Below are positions 8,813-19,133 of a DNA stretch of 64,000 bases, one piece after another (positions within the stretch are counted from its first letter, which is position 1; each line of letters opens with the position of its first letter). The position numbers and the translations under genes are program-made. The notes below the pieces were generated by a model, which made no database searches, was not told the DNA's origin, and saw only the letters and a program-made list of their open reading frames with translations. The stretch covers positions 439,221 to 503,220 of the forward strand of contig QZKH01000003.1 of assembly GCA_003598025.1 (NCBI GenBank). The letters run 5' to 3'. Source of the DNA: Candidatus Omnitrophota bacterium. Lineage in GTDB: Bacteria > Omnitrophota > Gorgyraeia > Gygaellales > Profunditerraquicolaceae.

Positions 8813-9421
8813 TTAATGTTTATGGTGCGATTCTTTTTCCATACTATGTTCGGAAGCTCGCCCTAAGGCTTCATAAATCTTCTCAACATAATGCACATAT
8901 TCAATATATGCTGCGACATACCTTCTTCCTGCCTCTACGCTTTCATTCATATGCTTTTTTGCTTCTATTAGTTTGTCAAAACGCTCTTTTATCCCTGAAT
9001 TTAGCGTGCTTGTTAATTCAACAGCAAGCTCATCAACAGAATTGGCTTCAATCGCCTTATCTGCCCGGCTGACAGCAGGCTCAACCGCACCTATGGGTTT
9101 TAAACCGGAAAATTCAGCCCCTTCTCCTGCCCGGTGGATACGCACCAGTGTTTCAAAAAACTCCATATCAGCCTCTTTCTGATCTGCTTCTCTTTTAGAT
9201 AAAGCTCTTTCAAATGCAATCCGTATTTCAGGTTCATCTTCTTCCTTTACCCATTTAAGCACAGGCGTAACGTCCTTTTTATCGATAGCTAGCCTTGCAT
9301 CAAGGATTACCGGGCCGTCTAAAGTATCACAATGGGCATATAATTTAACCGACGCAACAAATGAAACAGACAGAGCGGCTAACCCAAATATAAATACAAT
9401 AATACCCTTTCTATTTACCAT
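8813..9421 (-). CDS. exported protein, DUF6448-like (AHCDTLDGPV motif, His-rich C-terminus)
   Basis: Signal peptide followed by HCDTLDGP. Ends in SHHKH. Confidence 0.5.
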   Translation of the reverse strand: MVNRKGIIVFIFGLAALSVSFVASVKLYAHCDTLDGPVILDARLAIDKKDVTPVLKWVKEEDEPEIRIAFERALSKREADQKEADMEFFETLVRIHRAGEGAEFSGLKPIGAVEPAVSRADKAIEANSVDELAVELTSTLNSGIKERFDKLIEAKKHMNESVEAGRRYVAAYIEYVHYVEKIYEALGRASEHSMEKESHHKH

Positions 9422-9477
9422 GATAACCCTCTCTTCCTTATGATTTTTGCAGCCAATATCAACTAAGCATGATAACT

Positions 9478-9867
9478 CTAGTAGCTATATTTCTTGATTC
9501 TCTCCAATATCTTCGCCGATGCTGTTTTATCTCCTGTTACGCCGACCCTGACTTCAACTTTTGAAGCTGTTTGCGTAAGGGGCCGGATATCAATCCATAC
9601 CTCACTGCCATCGATATATTCACTTCTTATCTGTGTGACTTCATCGGACTTGGATTCCTTGTCTACTTTCATATCAAGGGATTCTATAGCCCTTTTAGTG
9701 GCATTGACTGTCCTTTCATAAGGAGCGCTTACTTCATCGCTAAGTTTTCCTGATAACCATAAAGCTGTTCCTACGCCGCCTGCAGCGCCTGCGATTAATA
9801 AAGCGCATCCGCATACATTAACTGCCAAAGCCAGAATTACTGCTATTTTCAATGCACTTTTAAACAT
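9478..9867 (-). CDS. lipoprotein, DUF3568-like
   Basis: Signal peptide with a lipobox-like VNVCGCA. Confidence 0.5.
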   Translation of the reverse strand: MFKSALKIAVILALAVNVCGCALLIAGAAGGVGTALWLSGKLSDEVSAPYERTVNATKRAIESLDMKVDKESKSDEVTQIRSEYIDGSEVWIDIRPLTQTASKVEVRVGVTGDKTASAKILERIKKYSY

Positions 9868-9909
9868 ATGTACCTCCTTTCAATAACCAACCCGGATTAA
9901 CCAGGCTGA

Positions 9910-10257
9910 TTATTCAGACCCATACAAATATATTACTTCCCCTTCATCGGTAACTTTATAAACGACAGAATGATCGTTCTGCTCAGGGTGGACAAACTTT
10001 ATCTTCCATGCCCACTCATGCCCTGCTTTATCCTTAAGGCGGTTTGTGTATTCCGCAGAGATAAGGATATAATCTGACTTTTTAAAATACTCTTGCCCCC
10101 TTATCCTGGTCTCTTTAGTATAAAAATATTCGCTCGCAAGAGACACTGCTTCCTCTATAGACAATTTAGGAACGGGTATCGGAGGCCCAGACTTGGCAAA
10201 AAGTCCTGCCGGCATTGTTAATAACAAGAATAATAGAAGTATCCTATTATATTGCAT
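9910..10257 (-). CDS. hypothetical secreted protein
   Basis: N-terminal signal peptide. No recognisable motif. Confidence 0.45.
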   Translation of the reverse strand: MQYNRILLLFLLLTMPAGLFAKSGPPIPVPKLSIEEAVSLASEYFYTKETRIRGQEYFKKSDYILISAEYTNRLKDKAGHEWAWKIKFVHPEQNDHSVVYKVTDEGEVIYLYGSE

Positions 10258-10303
10258 AAAACCGCCTCCGTTTATTGGCTATTTATTTTCTCCTTATATA
10301 ATA

Positions 10304-11035
10304 GGGGACGTTCCCCCTAATACCATTCTATGGTATCCTAAATGCTTGATCTACAATACGTTCGTAAGGGCGCCATTCACGTACCCGCTCCGCATAACGG
10401 CAACGCCTCTCTTCAATCGTAAAGCCTAGGCTTTCATACATAGGATTGAGCAGATTAATTATAGCATCTGGTTTGCCATTTGCATAGAATTGAAAACTAC
10501 TCCAACAATAATCAGCAATATCCTTCACTAGCCCAGCACGTAAAGGATTCCTTTCTATGTATCTTGCACATTCAATAAGGTAACCTTCGCTTTCAATTAT
10601 TCGGCTATTATATCTATTTTGGAATAAATAGCCCACCGATCCGTATTTGCTGCGGAATCCAGCCCCATACTTTTGTAATAAACCCTGCATAAACTTGGGA
10701 ACATGCTCAGCTTTAATTGTTTTTATCAATACATGGAAATGATTCGGCATTAAGCAATAATGCAAAATGCTTATTGGATGTTTTTGTCTGTACTCTCTAA
10801 TTAGTGCTAAAAACCATTGATAATCCTGTTTAGCCCGGAACAGTTTTCTTTTATCATTGCCTCTGACAACAATATGATAATAACTTCCGTCAACTAGCCC
10901 CCTGTTTTTTCTCGGCATAAATTCCTCCTTTCACTTATAAAAGACGGTCCAAGAATCAGATATCTAACTATTTTTTTATTAGTTGAAACAAATAAAGTTA
11001 TAGCATGGCTGGATGGCACCTTGGGGAACGTCCCC
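10304..11035 (-). mobile_element. REP-associated tyrosine transposase (RAYT, IS200/IS605-like) flanked by inverted 13-bp palindromes GGGGACGTTCCCC (10304..10316) and GGGGAACGTCCCC (11023..11035)
   Basis: The palindromes were read directly from the sequence. They are reverse complements of each other and bracket the transposase ORF. Confidence 0.75.
10328..10918 (-). CDS. tnpA: IS200-like / REP-associated tyrosine transposase (Y1 HUH transposase)
   Basis: YYHIVVRGN...LMPNHFHVLIKT (HUH motif), and a catalytic Tyr region RYIERNPLRAGLV. Confidence 0.85.
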   Translation of the reverse strand: MPRKNRGLVDGSYYHIVVRGNDKRKLFRAKQDYQWFLALIREYRQKHPISILHYCLMPNHFHVLIKTIKAEHVPKFMQGLLQKYGAGFRSKYGSVGYLFQNRYNSRIIESEGYLIECARYIERNPLRAGLVKDIADYCWSSFQFYANGKPDAIINLLNPMYESLGFTIEERRCRYAERVREWRPYERIVDQAFRIP

Positions 11036-11113
11036 TTCTTTTAAGCCAGCTAACAAGACCGCTTTCGAGTTGGTTCTTATTTACCTTGATTTTATCAGGA
11101 TATTATAGTATTC

Positions 11114-13054
11114 TTGTTCTCATATATGGATTATTTCCGCTTATCTGCACTAATTAACTGCTTTATATTAGTTTTTATCGGCGCCTATTCATATTTGAAT
11201 AACCGCACAAATAAGCTAAATCAGATTTGGTGCTTATTTAATATGGTTAGCGCTATATGGTTTGCCTCCATTTATATAGTTAATACAATCGCAGATAAGC
11301 AAATTGCCCTTAATATCGTCCGCCTTGCCCACCCCCTAAGCATCCTTTGCGGGTTGATATTTTTTCTCTTTTGCCTTTATTATATAGATGTTGAACAGAA
11401 TAAAAGAAGGTTAGCTATCGCTGCTTACGGCGTAGGCCTCACAGCCATATTCATTGAGAGCTTCTGGCCTTCACTGATAGTAGCTGATGTTGTGCCTAAA
11501 TTTTACCAGCCCTATACCCCAAAAGGCACGAACCTCTACATTATACACTTCTCTCTTATCATTGCTTTTATTACCATGAGTTTTTATGAACTTATCCGCG
11601 CCTACAGGCATGCCTCCAGCTACAAGCGCAATCAATTGAAATATTTCTTCCTGGCAACTTTTGTTGCTGCCTTCTCAATGTCTACAGTGCTGCCAATGGC
11701 CCTGGATTTGCCGGTTTATCCTTTTGGCTTTTTTCTCTTCCCTCTTTACGGAATAATCATCACTTATTCCATCGTCAGATATAGGCTCATGGATATTATC
11801 GTTCTTATGAACCGTACCGTATTTTTTACTGCGGTTATAATGCCGGCAATAATCGTCCATATAATACTTGTCTGGCTGTTACAGCCAAAATTCCCGTATT
11901 TCGTGTCCAATGCTTTTTCCATAACCGCAATCAGTATAGTATTCCTGATTACCCCGCAATATAGAAAGAACCTTCAGTTAGCCTTAAATTCAATATTATA
12001 TAAAGGTAAATATGATTATCAGGATGTGTTAAAAGAATCCGCAAAAGCCCTTGTAACAATGTTGGACTTAAACCAGCTTCTTGATTATCTCGTCAACACT
12101 ATTGTAAAAAACATCCGCGTAAACAAGGTATCTCTTCTGCTGGAAGATGAGGAATCAAAAGAATACAAGGTCGCTGCCTCTTTCGGCATACCGAAAGAAC
12201 AGGCAGAATCAATAAGGCTAAAACCTATAAACGGGATAATCGGATACCTGACTAATAAGCCTGCTACCCTGGTAAGGGAAGAGGCTGAAAGAGAATTGTC
12301 TACTCCGCAGCTTGAAAAAATAAAAAAAGATATGGATGAGATCGGCGCAGAAATAATGATGCCGTTAATATGTAAGAACAAACTGGTAGGTATCTTAAAC
12401 CTTGACAATAAATCATCCGGCGGGTTTTATGACCCCAGCGATATTGATATCCTTGATACATTAGCAAACGAAGCTGCGATCGCAATCGAGAATGCCAGGC
12501 TCTACCGCCAGGCAATAACTGATGGCCTGACTAAGCTATATCATCATCAGCATTTCATGGCGCGGCTGAATGAAGAAACAGAGAGGTCAAAAAGATATGA
12601 AAGGCCGATGTCTCTTTTGATGATAGACCTGGATCACTTCAAAGATATAAATGATAAGTTCGGCCACCAAGCCGGTGATGTAGCATTGCAAAAAGTCGCG
12701 CTTATCCTGAAAAATAACCTGAGAAACGTAGATATTTGCGGAAGGTATGGCGGTGAAGAATTTGCGCTTATCCTCCCTGAAACTGCGGTTAAAGGTGCAA
12801 AAAATGCTGCAGAGCGGCTCAGAAACCATGTTGAAAATGCAAAAGACTTTGCTGAAAAAATCCGACAGACAATAGCCAAATCCTCCCTTAAACACGAAAA
12901 CAGCACGCTCTCCCTGACTATAAGCGTGGGAATAACGTTTTACGACGGCCAGGATAAAACCAAAACCGCTTATGACTTAATAAAAGAAGCGGATTCCGCT
13001 CTTTACCTGGCAAAGAGAATGGGAAGAAACAGGGTCGTTGAATTCTCCAGGTAA
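11114..13054 (+). CDS. membrane-anchored GAF-GGDEF diguanylate cyclase
   Basis: About 7 N-terminal TM helices, a central GAF-like region, and a C-terminal GGDEF domain with the RYGGEEF active site and RxxD I-site context. It is the only plus-strand gene. Confidence 0.85.
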   Translation: MFSYMDYFRLSALINCFILVFIGAYSYLNNRTNKLNQIWCLFNMVSAIWFASIYIVNTIADKQIALNIVRLAHPLSILCGLIFFLFCLYYIDVEQNKRRLAIAAYGVGLTAIFIESFWPSLIVADVVPKFYQPYTPKGTNLYIIHFSLIIAFITMSFYELIRAYRHASSYKRNQLKYFFLATFVAAFSMSTVLPMALDLPVYPFGFFLFPLYGIIITYSIVRYRLMDIIVLMNRTVFFTAVIMPAIIVHIILVWLLQPKFPYFVSNAFSITAISIVFLITPQYRKNLQLALNSILYKGKYDYQDVLKESAKALVTMLDLNQLLDYLVNTIVKNIRVNKVSLLLEDEESKEYKVAASFGIPKEQAESIRLKPINGIIGYLTNKPATLVREEAERELSTPQLEKIKKDMDEIGAEIMMPLICKNKLVGILNLDNKSSGGFYDPSDIDILDTLANEAAIAIENARLYRQAITDGLTKLYHHQHFMARLNEETERSKRYERPMSLLMIDLDHFKDINDKFGHQAGDVALQKVALILKNNLRNVDICGRYGGEEFALILPETAVKGAKNAAERLRNHVENAKDFAEKIRQTIAKSSLKHENSTLSLTISVGITFYDGQDKTKTAYDLIKEADSALYLAKRMGRNRVVEFSR

Positions 13055-13078
13055 AACCATTCAAGCGCCTTCCAGCCT

Positions 13079-13375
13079 TCAATAAAGATATTTTGAGAAA
13101 ATACCGACTAATACCAGAATCGCCGGCAAGAAAAGTAGCGCCCAGCCTGCGATGCGCATAAAAAAGCCCGGGGTAGCTCTGATATATCCCCCTCTTGAAG
13201 GAGCTTCATATTGGCCAAGCTCATCGCCAAACCATATGCCTGCCAAAGCAAATGCAATCAACCCGAAAAGCTTAACAATACCCTCTTTAAAGAAAAACCA
13301 GCCCATGACAATATAAACACCTGCGATTATTAATGAAATTACTCTTGCTTTATTCCAATACAAATATTCTTTCAT
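13079..13375 (-). CDS. small membrane protein, hypothetical
   Basis: 98 aa with three predicted TM helices, downstream of copA. Confidence 0.4.
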   Translation of the reverse strand: MKEYLYWNKARVISLIIAGVYIVMGWFFFKEGIVKLFGLIAFALAGIWFGDELGQYEAPSRGGYIRATPGFFMRIAGWALLFLPAILVLVGIFSKYLY

Positions 13376-13381
13376 GGTTTG

Positions 13382-15649
13382 TTATAACTTTAAATTACGC
13401 AACCTAAGTGAATTGGCAATAACAGAAACTGAGCTAAAACTCATTGCTGCACCTGCTATCATCGGACTTAAAAGCAGGCCAAAAAATGGATACAATGCCC
13501 CCGCAGCAATCGGAATACCCAATGTATTATAAATAAATGCAAAAAATAAATTCTGACGGATACTTTTCATAACCTGCCGGCTTAAATTTATAGCCTTAAG
13601 AATACCCCTTAAATCACCCTTGACCAAAGTGATACCGGCAGTTTGTATCGCGACATCTGTCCCGGCACCCATTGCTACCCCGACCTCTGCTTCGGCAAGA
13701 GCAGGAGCATCGTTTATCCCGTCTCCTGCCACTAATACTTTTGCGCCTTTTTTCCTTAAATCCCTGACTACTGCCTGCTTACCTTCAGGGCTGAGGCCGG
13801 CGTATACTTTTTTTATCTTAAGTTCTTTGGCGATAGCATTTGCTGTGTTCTCATTATCACCAGTAAGCATTGCGATTTCTAACCCCATCTTATGCAATCC
13901 TTCTATAGCAGGCGGCGTTGTCTTTTTGATAGGATCTGATACTGCAACAATACCTGCAAAATCTTTTCCGGCAGCCACACAAATAACCGTGTGCGATTTA
14001 TCTTGAAGCTCTGTTACCTTGCCGATTAAATCCCGGGGAAATACTATACTGTTTTCTTCAATAAAGCTTTTCTTTCCGATTACAACAAATACGCCGTCTA
14101 CCTGGCCCATTACCCCCTTGCCGGTAACATAATGGAAATTTGCTGCATTAGATACTGAGTAACCTTTTTCCTTTGCATAATCTACTACCGCCCGGCCCAG
14201 TGGATGTTCACTACTGCTCTCAAGGGCGGCAGAAATTTCAATAAGCCTTTCTTCTTCATATCCTGAAGCAGTTATAACCGAAGTTACTTTCGGCCTGCCC
14301 TCAGTCAAAGTGCCTGTTTTATCAGTAAGGACAAGGGTTGACTTTTCGGCCTTCTCAATAGCCTCGGCATTCCTTATTAAAATTCCGGACTGAGCACCCT
14401 TACCTACTCCAACCATCACTGACATGGGCGTAGCCAATCCCAAAGCGCACGGGCAGGCAATTATTAAAACAGATATGGCGCTTACAAGAGCATGCGCTAA
14501 TGCCGGTTCCGGGCCAAAAATATACCATAAAACAAACGATATTATTGCGCAGATAAACACCGCCGGGACAAAATAATACGAGATTTTATCTGCAAGATTC
14601 TGTATCGGCGCGCGGCTGCGTTGAGCCTCTGCAACCATATTTATGATTTGGGAGAGGATTGTCTCAGAACCCACCCTTTCAATGCGCATAATAAAAGTCC
14701 CTGCCTGGTTTATAGTTGCCCCGATAACGCTGTCTCCTTCTTTCTTAAGCACCGGCAAAGCTTCTCCGGAAAGCATGGATTCATCAACATAGCTTTGGCC
14801 TTCGATTATAACTCCATCAAGCGGGATCTTTTCACCGGGACGAACGCGTAATAAATCCCCCTTGATTACCTTATCTATATCTATATCCTCCTCCTTACCA
14901 TCCTTGAGCTTATGAGCTACCTTTGCCGCCAAACTCACCAGGGCTTTAATCGCTTGCCCCGTTTTATTGCGCGCTTTTGATTCAAGTAGCTGCCCCAGAA
15001 GAACCAAAGTCGTGATAACTGCTGCTGATTCAAAATATAACCCTACCCTGCCTGCCTCTTTTATCGAATCAGGAAATACCCCTGGCACAAACAATCCAAG
15101 CGCGCTAAACCCATAAGCAGCTCCTACCCCAATTCCAATCAAGGTAAACATGTTTGGGCTTTTATTTAATACCGACTTCCACGCCTTAACAAAGAAAATC
15201 TTGCCTGCCCATAAGACAACCGGGGTGGCAAGAAAAAATTGCATCCAACGCCAAAAATCCGAATGCGTATCTACTAGCCCAAACATATGGCCCATAGAAA
15301 GGAAGAATACTGGTATGGTAAATATTACTGCGGCCCAGAATTTACGCGATAAAGACCTCTCTTGCCTATCTTGCGCGTTTTCTTCAGGAGCAAAACCTTT
15401 TATTTCCAGGTGCATCCCGCATTTAGGGCAATCGCCGGGGCGGTCCTGTTCTATCTCCGGATGCATAGGGCAGATATAAACATTTTTAAAGGCATTACCC
15501 ACGGAAGGCATGTACGCTTGCTGATAATTTCCCTTCAGAAATTTATCTTTACAATGCTCACTGCAGAAATAATACGTATCTTGCCCTCTGACAAGCTTCA
15601 AGGAATCCTTTTCATTAACATCCATTCCGCAAATAGGGTCTTTAGCCAT
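13382..15649 (-). CDS. copA: copper-translocating P1B-type ATPase with an N-terminal TRASH/YHS-like CGMD metal-binding domain
   Basis: N-terminal CGMDV...C..HC and CPMHPE...CPKCGMHL. Also CPC ([13 protein letters not shown]), DKTGTLT, TGDN and [10 protein letters not shown] motifs. Confidence 0.9.
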   Translation of the reverse strand: MAKDPICGMDVNEKDSLKLVRGQDTYYFCSEHCKDKFLKGNYQQAYMPSVGNAFKNVYICPMHPEIEQDRPGDCPKCGMHLEIKGFAPEENAQDRQERSLSRKFWAAVIFTIPVFFLSMGHMFGLVDTHSDFWRWMQFFLATPVVLWAGKIFFVKAWKSVLNKSPNMFTLIGIGVGAAYGFSALGLFVPGVFPDSIKEAGRVGLYFESAAVITTLVLLGQLLESKARNKTGQAIKALVSLAAKVAHKLKDGKEEDIDIDKVIKGDLLRVRPGEKIPLDGVIIEGQSYVDESMLSGEALPVLKKEGDSVIGATINQAGTFIMRIERVGSETILSQIINMVAEAQRSRAPIQNLADKISYYFVPAVFICAIISFVLWYIFGPEPALAHALVSAISVLIIACPCALGLATPMSVMVGVGKGAQSGILIRNAEAIEKAEKSTLVLTDKTGTLTEGRPKVTSVITASGYEEERLIEISAALESSSEHPLGRAVVDYAKEKGYSVSNAANFHYVTGKGVMGQVDGVFVVIGKKSFIEENSIVFPRDLIGKVTELQDKSHTVICVAAGKDFAGIVAVSDPIKKTTPPAIEGLHKMGLEIAMLTGDNENTANAIAKELKIKKVYAGLSPEGKQAVVRDLRKKGAKVLVAGDGINDAPALAEAEVGVAMGAGTDVAIQTAGITLVKGDLRGILKAINLSRQVMKSIRQNLFFAFIYNTLGIPIAAGALYPFFGLLLSPMIAGAAMSFSSVSVIANSLRLRNLKL

Positions 15650-15673
15650 AATTATTGATCAGTTAAATAGGTT

Positions 15674-16633
15674 TTATAGATATACCTGCAAGAAATTGAA
15701 GATATATCCAGTAAAAATAATCGCCAATGCAGTAATCCCAAAAAATATTAATATCAACTGCAGTTTCATCGCCCTTCTTAATATAATCGCCTCCGGCAGG
15801 CTCAATCCAGAGACTGCCATGACAAAAGCTATGGCCGTACCGAGCGGAAATCCTTTCTGAAATAAAACAACAGCTATCGGTACTATCGCAGCACAACTTC
15901 CATACATCGGTACGCCTAACAATGTAGCTATAGGAACAGAAAAAATCCCTCCTCTTGAAACAATTGCATGCACCGTATTTTCAGGGATGTAATTGTGAAT
16001 AAAAGCGCCAATACCTATGCCTGCTAAAACCCACAGCCATAATTTTCTCACTATATCTCCGGCTTCGTATAAGCCGAATAAAATCCGGCTCTTTATGCCC
16101 TTATAAACTGCTTTTTGGCTCAGCGGGTATTGCCCTGGCATCAGAATGTCCTTGACCAGGTATCTCTCCACTTTCATCTTAGATAACACAACTCCCGAAA
16201 TAACGCCGATTGATATGCCGCTGATAATATAGGCGAGTGTTATCTTCCAACCAAATGAACCAAGCATTAATACAGCCAGGTATTCATTTACTAATGGCGA
16301 AGTAATTAAAAAAGAAAAAGCTACACCCAGAGGGATATCGGCTTCAATAAAGCTGATAAAAATGGGTACGGATGAACACGAACAAAACGGCGTAACCGCA
16401 CCAAATAAAGCAGCAAAAAAGTTACCAATGACAGATTTCCTTTCAAGCCATTTCTTAATTTTATGCTCAGAAACAAAAGTTCTTAAGAAACCTATAACTG
16501 AGATCATGAAAAAAAGCAAGGCTAATATCTTTATAGAATCATAAATAAAGAAATTAATCACACCTGCTATTTTAGAGGTGCTGCTAAAACCCAGTATCTT
16601 AAATACAAAAAAATCAACGATTAACTGCAGCAT
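15674..16633 (-). CDS. DUF318 (PF03773) family permease
   Basis: The TPFCSCSSVP motif and two inverted repeats of 4 TM helices, typical of this family. Confidence 0.8.
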   Translation of the reverse strand: MLQLIVDFFVFKILGFSSTSKIAGVINFFIYDSIKILALLFFMISVIGFLRTFVSEHKIKKWLERKSVIGNFFAALFGAVTPFCSCSSVPIFISFIEADIPLGVAFSFLITSPLVNEYLAVLMLGSFGWKITLAYIISGISIGVISGVVLSKMKVERYLVKDILMPGQYPLSQKAVYKGIKSRILFGLYEAGDIVRKLWLWVLAGIGIGAFIHNYIPENTVHAIVSRGGIFSVPIATLLGVPMYGSCAAIVPIAVVLFQKGFPLGTAIAFVMAVSGLSLPEAIILRRAMKLQLILIFFGITALAIIFTGYIFNFLQVYL

Positions 16634-16770
16634 TTATTCTGCCCTTTATCAGTCTTATTAGAGCAACACGATGCCGCCTTTGACTTTTCTTCAATCTTTT
16701 TGTCAAGCTTCTCGAGCATCCGCGAAAAAAAAGATTTGTTCTTTGGTTTTTCACTTTTACTGTTATCCAT
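16621..16770 (-). CDS. unannotated 49-aa Lys/Cys-rich peptide (MDNSKSEKPKNK...AASCCSNKTDKGQNKCCS) overlapping the DUF318 permease start
   Basis: GGAGG sits 5 nt upstream of ATG at 16770. The stop TAA overlaps the permease ATG (ATGCTGCAGTTAA). It is below the ORF-track length cutoff. Confidence 0.4.
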   Translation of the reverse strand: MDNSKSEKPKNKSFFSRMLEKLDKKIEEKSKAASCCSNKTDKGQNKCCS

Positions 16771-16800
16771 TGCCTCCTCCTGTTAGTGGTTTTTTATATT

Positions 16801-17481
16801 TTAATCGCGCAAAATATTTGCGTAAAAGAAAATCCTTATTATGGCCAAAAATAGGGTAAAAATAAATAAAAATTCGAATATTTCATTTATAAAATTAGGA
16901 TAACCAAACAATTTTATATCTTCGAAAACTTCTATAGCTATTATTGTCGCCATGACCATTGCTAATGATATGGCTTCTTTCTTTACCCAGGAAAACTTTA
17001 CTTTAAGATAATAATTTAGATTAAATAAGCTGCTGAAACTGGGAAAATATTTAGGGGTAGACCTGCAATAATTATAATAGTCATCTTTAAATTTATCTTT
17101 TAAGATTTTATCTTCTTTATTTATCTGCGGTATGTATATCATCAGATAAACAGCAAGAAAAATAAACAGCATCCACAAACGGAAAATCATAAGGACCACG
17201 CCTGAGCCAATCAACAATGTGCCCAGATACATAGGGTTTCTGACCATTTTATACGGCCCGCCGGTAACGAGTTTAAAGCCGTTAGACGACATCTCTTCCT
17301 TATACCCCCTTGAAGAAACCCTGAATAAGAAGCCAAATAATATCAACCCTATCCCGAGGGCATCAAACAATTCATCAGTAGGATGGTATTTCCAGCTGGG
17401 TAATATCAATTTATAAAGCACCAAAGTAAGTAAAACTGAGGCAAAAATCAGTATACCCTGTATCCTTATACGCATTTTCAT
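16801..17481 (-). CDS. isoprenylcysteine carboxyl methyltransferase / phospholipid methyltransferase family membrane protein
   Basis: LVTGGPYKMVRNPMYLG matches the ICMT/PEMT signature. Multiple TM helices. Confidence 0.7.
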   Translation of the reverse strand: MKMRIRIQGILIFASVLLTLVLYKLILPSWKYHPTDELFDALGIGLILFGFLFRVSSRGYKEEMSSNGFKLVTGGPYKMVRNPMYLGTLLIGSGVVLMIFRLWMLFIFLAVYLMIYIPQINKEDKILKDKFKDDYYNYCRSTPKYFPSFSSLFNLNYYLKVKFSWVKKEAISLAMVMATIIAIEVFEDIKLFGYPNFINEIFEFLFIFTLFLAIIRIFFYANILRD

Positions 17482-17484
17482 GGT

Positions 17485-19131
17485 TTATTGTCCATTTTTT
17501 CTGCTCTTGTCAGTAACAAAGAACTCCATATATTTACCCAGCATAAGCCTTGTCTGCGCATCCAGAGCCGGTAATGCGCTCAATGCGAGTATTATAATTG
17601 GGATAAATACCCACTCAAGCGAGTGCCTTATCTTTGATAACGCCGCGTTGCTGTCTTTTCTTGCAGGCAAAAGCAGAAGGCTTATCACCATGCAAACCAG
17701 CAATCCAAAAGAAGATAAGCTGAAGATCACCCCTCTTATTCTTGGGGCTATATAATAAACTGTGCTTGTGGAAAATTCCCTTCCGGAAAAAATGGCCGGC
17801 AACCAGCTTATAAACGCAAGCAAAAAAGACCATGTTGCCCAGGAAACAAAAGATTCAAGCAATTTAATCCCGAAATTAATCCTTTTATATACCGGGATGC
17901 TCCGCTTGACTATAAAAGCCCTGATTACTATCGGAAAATTCTCTACGCCCCATGCCCAACGCCGCTTCTGCTTGTATATATTCATGAATGTTTCCCGGAA
18001 ACTGTTACCGGTTGCTACATCCATTGATACGGTAGTATAAACAGGCACAACACGGTAATCCCCGTTAAAATGTATAAATGCCTTCCAGAAAATAGCAGAG
18101 TCATCCGAAACCATATCTACCGGCCAAAAACCCACATCGACCAACGCCTTAAAACTCATGCTATGGCTTGAAAATGTCACCAGCTTATTCGGATTCGTCG
18201 CTTCAACGAGCTGGAAAAAAGATGTCCCGATATCTATTATCCGGGCAAAACTGGCGGAATCCCAGATATTATTATGATATACAGGTATAGGCTGGAAACT
18301 CGCCTTGAGCCTTTCCGGAGTAATCATAAAATGATACGTCAGACAGCTGAAATAATTACCCTGGGGTACGGTATCGGCATCGAAACAGGAAACAATCACA
18401 TTTTCAAACGCTATGCCTCTATCTCTAAAATATCGTGCTGCCTCTTTTGCCGAATAGGCAATATTTGCCCCTTTGACCCTGGCCTCTCCTTCAAGCCCGG
18501 AAGGATGAATAACAATAAAGATATCCATAAAGCTGCCTTTATATTTTTGGACGATACTCTCCATATCAGCCTTCACTTCTATCTTGGCAGATTCCTCAAG
18601 GGCAATTATAAGCACGATCCTTGAGGCAGGATACTGGCCGCTTAAAATACCGGCTATGCCCGGTTCCACTATATTAAGGCCCTCTTTTATAACCGGGATC
18701 AGGACCAAATGATACAAGTTTTCAAATGCTGGCGGGAATTGACCGCTTTTTAAAAGCCCGGCTACCTCTCTCCTGTATGTCAGGTTTGCGATTTTTTCTT
18801 TAAAGCCGGCTATAATAATATTATCCGATGGTATTTTCTTCTCGACAGCCAGTTTATCTATTTCTTTAATGCGCTTGCTCCAGTCAATTTTCTTTTCTGT
18901 CTCTAACCTGAAATAAGACAAAACCAAGAAGATATTCATATATATCAGCCTCATAACCCAATACAATAAAAAGGCGATCATAATTACCGCAGCCAATAAT
19001 GGCTTAGCAAGGCTTAAGGCCACCATTCCGATTATTATCCCCCAGCTTAACGCTCCGGGGACTATCTCAAAAAAACGCTCCAGCTTACTTTGGGTCGCAT
19101 CCAGGTTATGACGGGTATACAAGAATTCCAT
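17485..19131 (-). CDS. family-2 processive beta-glycosyltransferase (membrane-embedded, cellulose/chitin-synthase-like)
   Basis: DAD (CFDADT) and QxxRW (QKRRWAWG) motifs. N- and C-terminal TM helices. Confidence 0.8.
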   Translation of the reverse strand: MEFLYTRHNLDATQSKLERFFEIVPGALSWGIIIGMVALSLAKPLLAAVIMIAFLLYWVMRLIYMNIFLVLSYFRLETEKKIDWSKRIKEIDKLAVEKKIPSDNIIIAGFKEKIANLTYRREVAGLLKSGQFPPAFENLYHLVLIPVIKEGLNIVEPGIAGILSGQYPASRIVLIIALEESAKIEVKADMESIVQKYKGSFMDIFIVIHPSGLEGEARVKGANIAYSAKEAARYFRDRGIAFENVIVSCFDADTVPQGNYFSCLTYHFMITPERLKASFQPIPVYHNNIWDSASFARIIDIGTSFFQLVEATNPNKLVTFSSHSMSFKALVDVGFWPVDMVSDDSAIFWKAFIHFNGDYRVVPVYTTVSMDVATGNSFRETFMNIYKQKRRWAWGVENFPIVIRAFIVKRSIPVYKRINFGIKLLESFVSWATWSFLLAFISWLPAIFSGREFSTSTVYYIAPRIRGVIFSLSSFGLLVCMVISLLLLPARKDSNAALSKIRHSLEWVFIPIIILALSALPALDAQTRLMLGKYMEFFVTDKSRKNGQ

Positions 19132-19133
19132 AT

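Noticed and set aside
16671-16859. 62-aa plus-strand ORF between the permease and the methyltransferase
   Set aside because: It overlaps the better-supported minus-strand 49-aa peptide with its Shine-Dalgarno sequence and coupled stop. It has no ribosome-binding site and a low-complexity translation.
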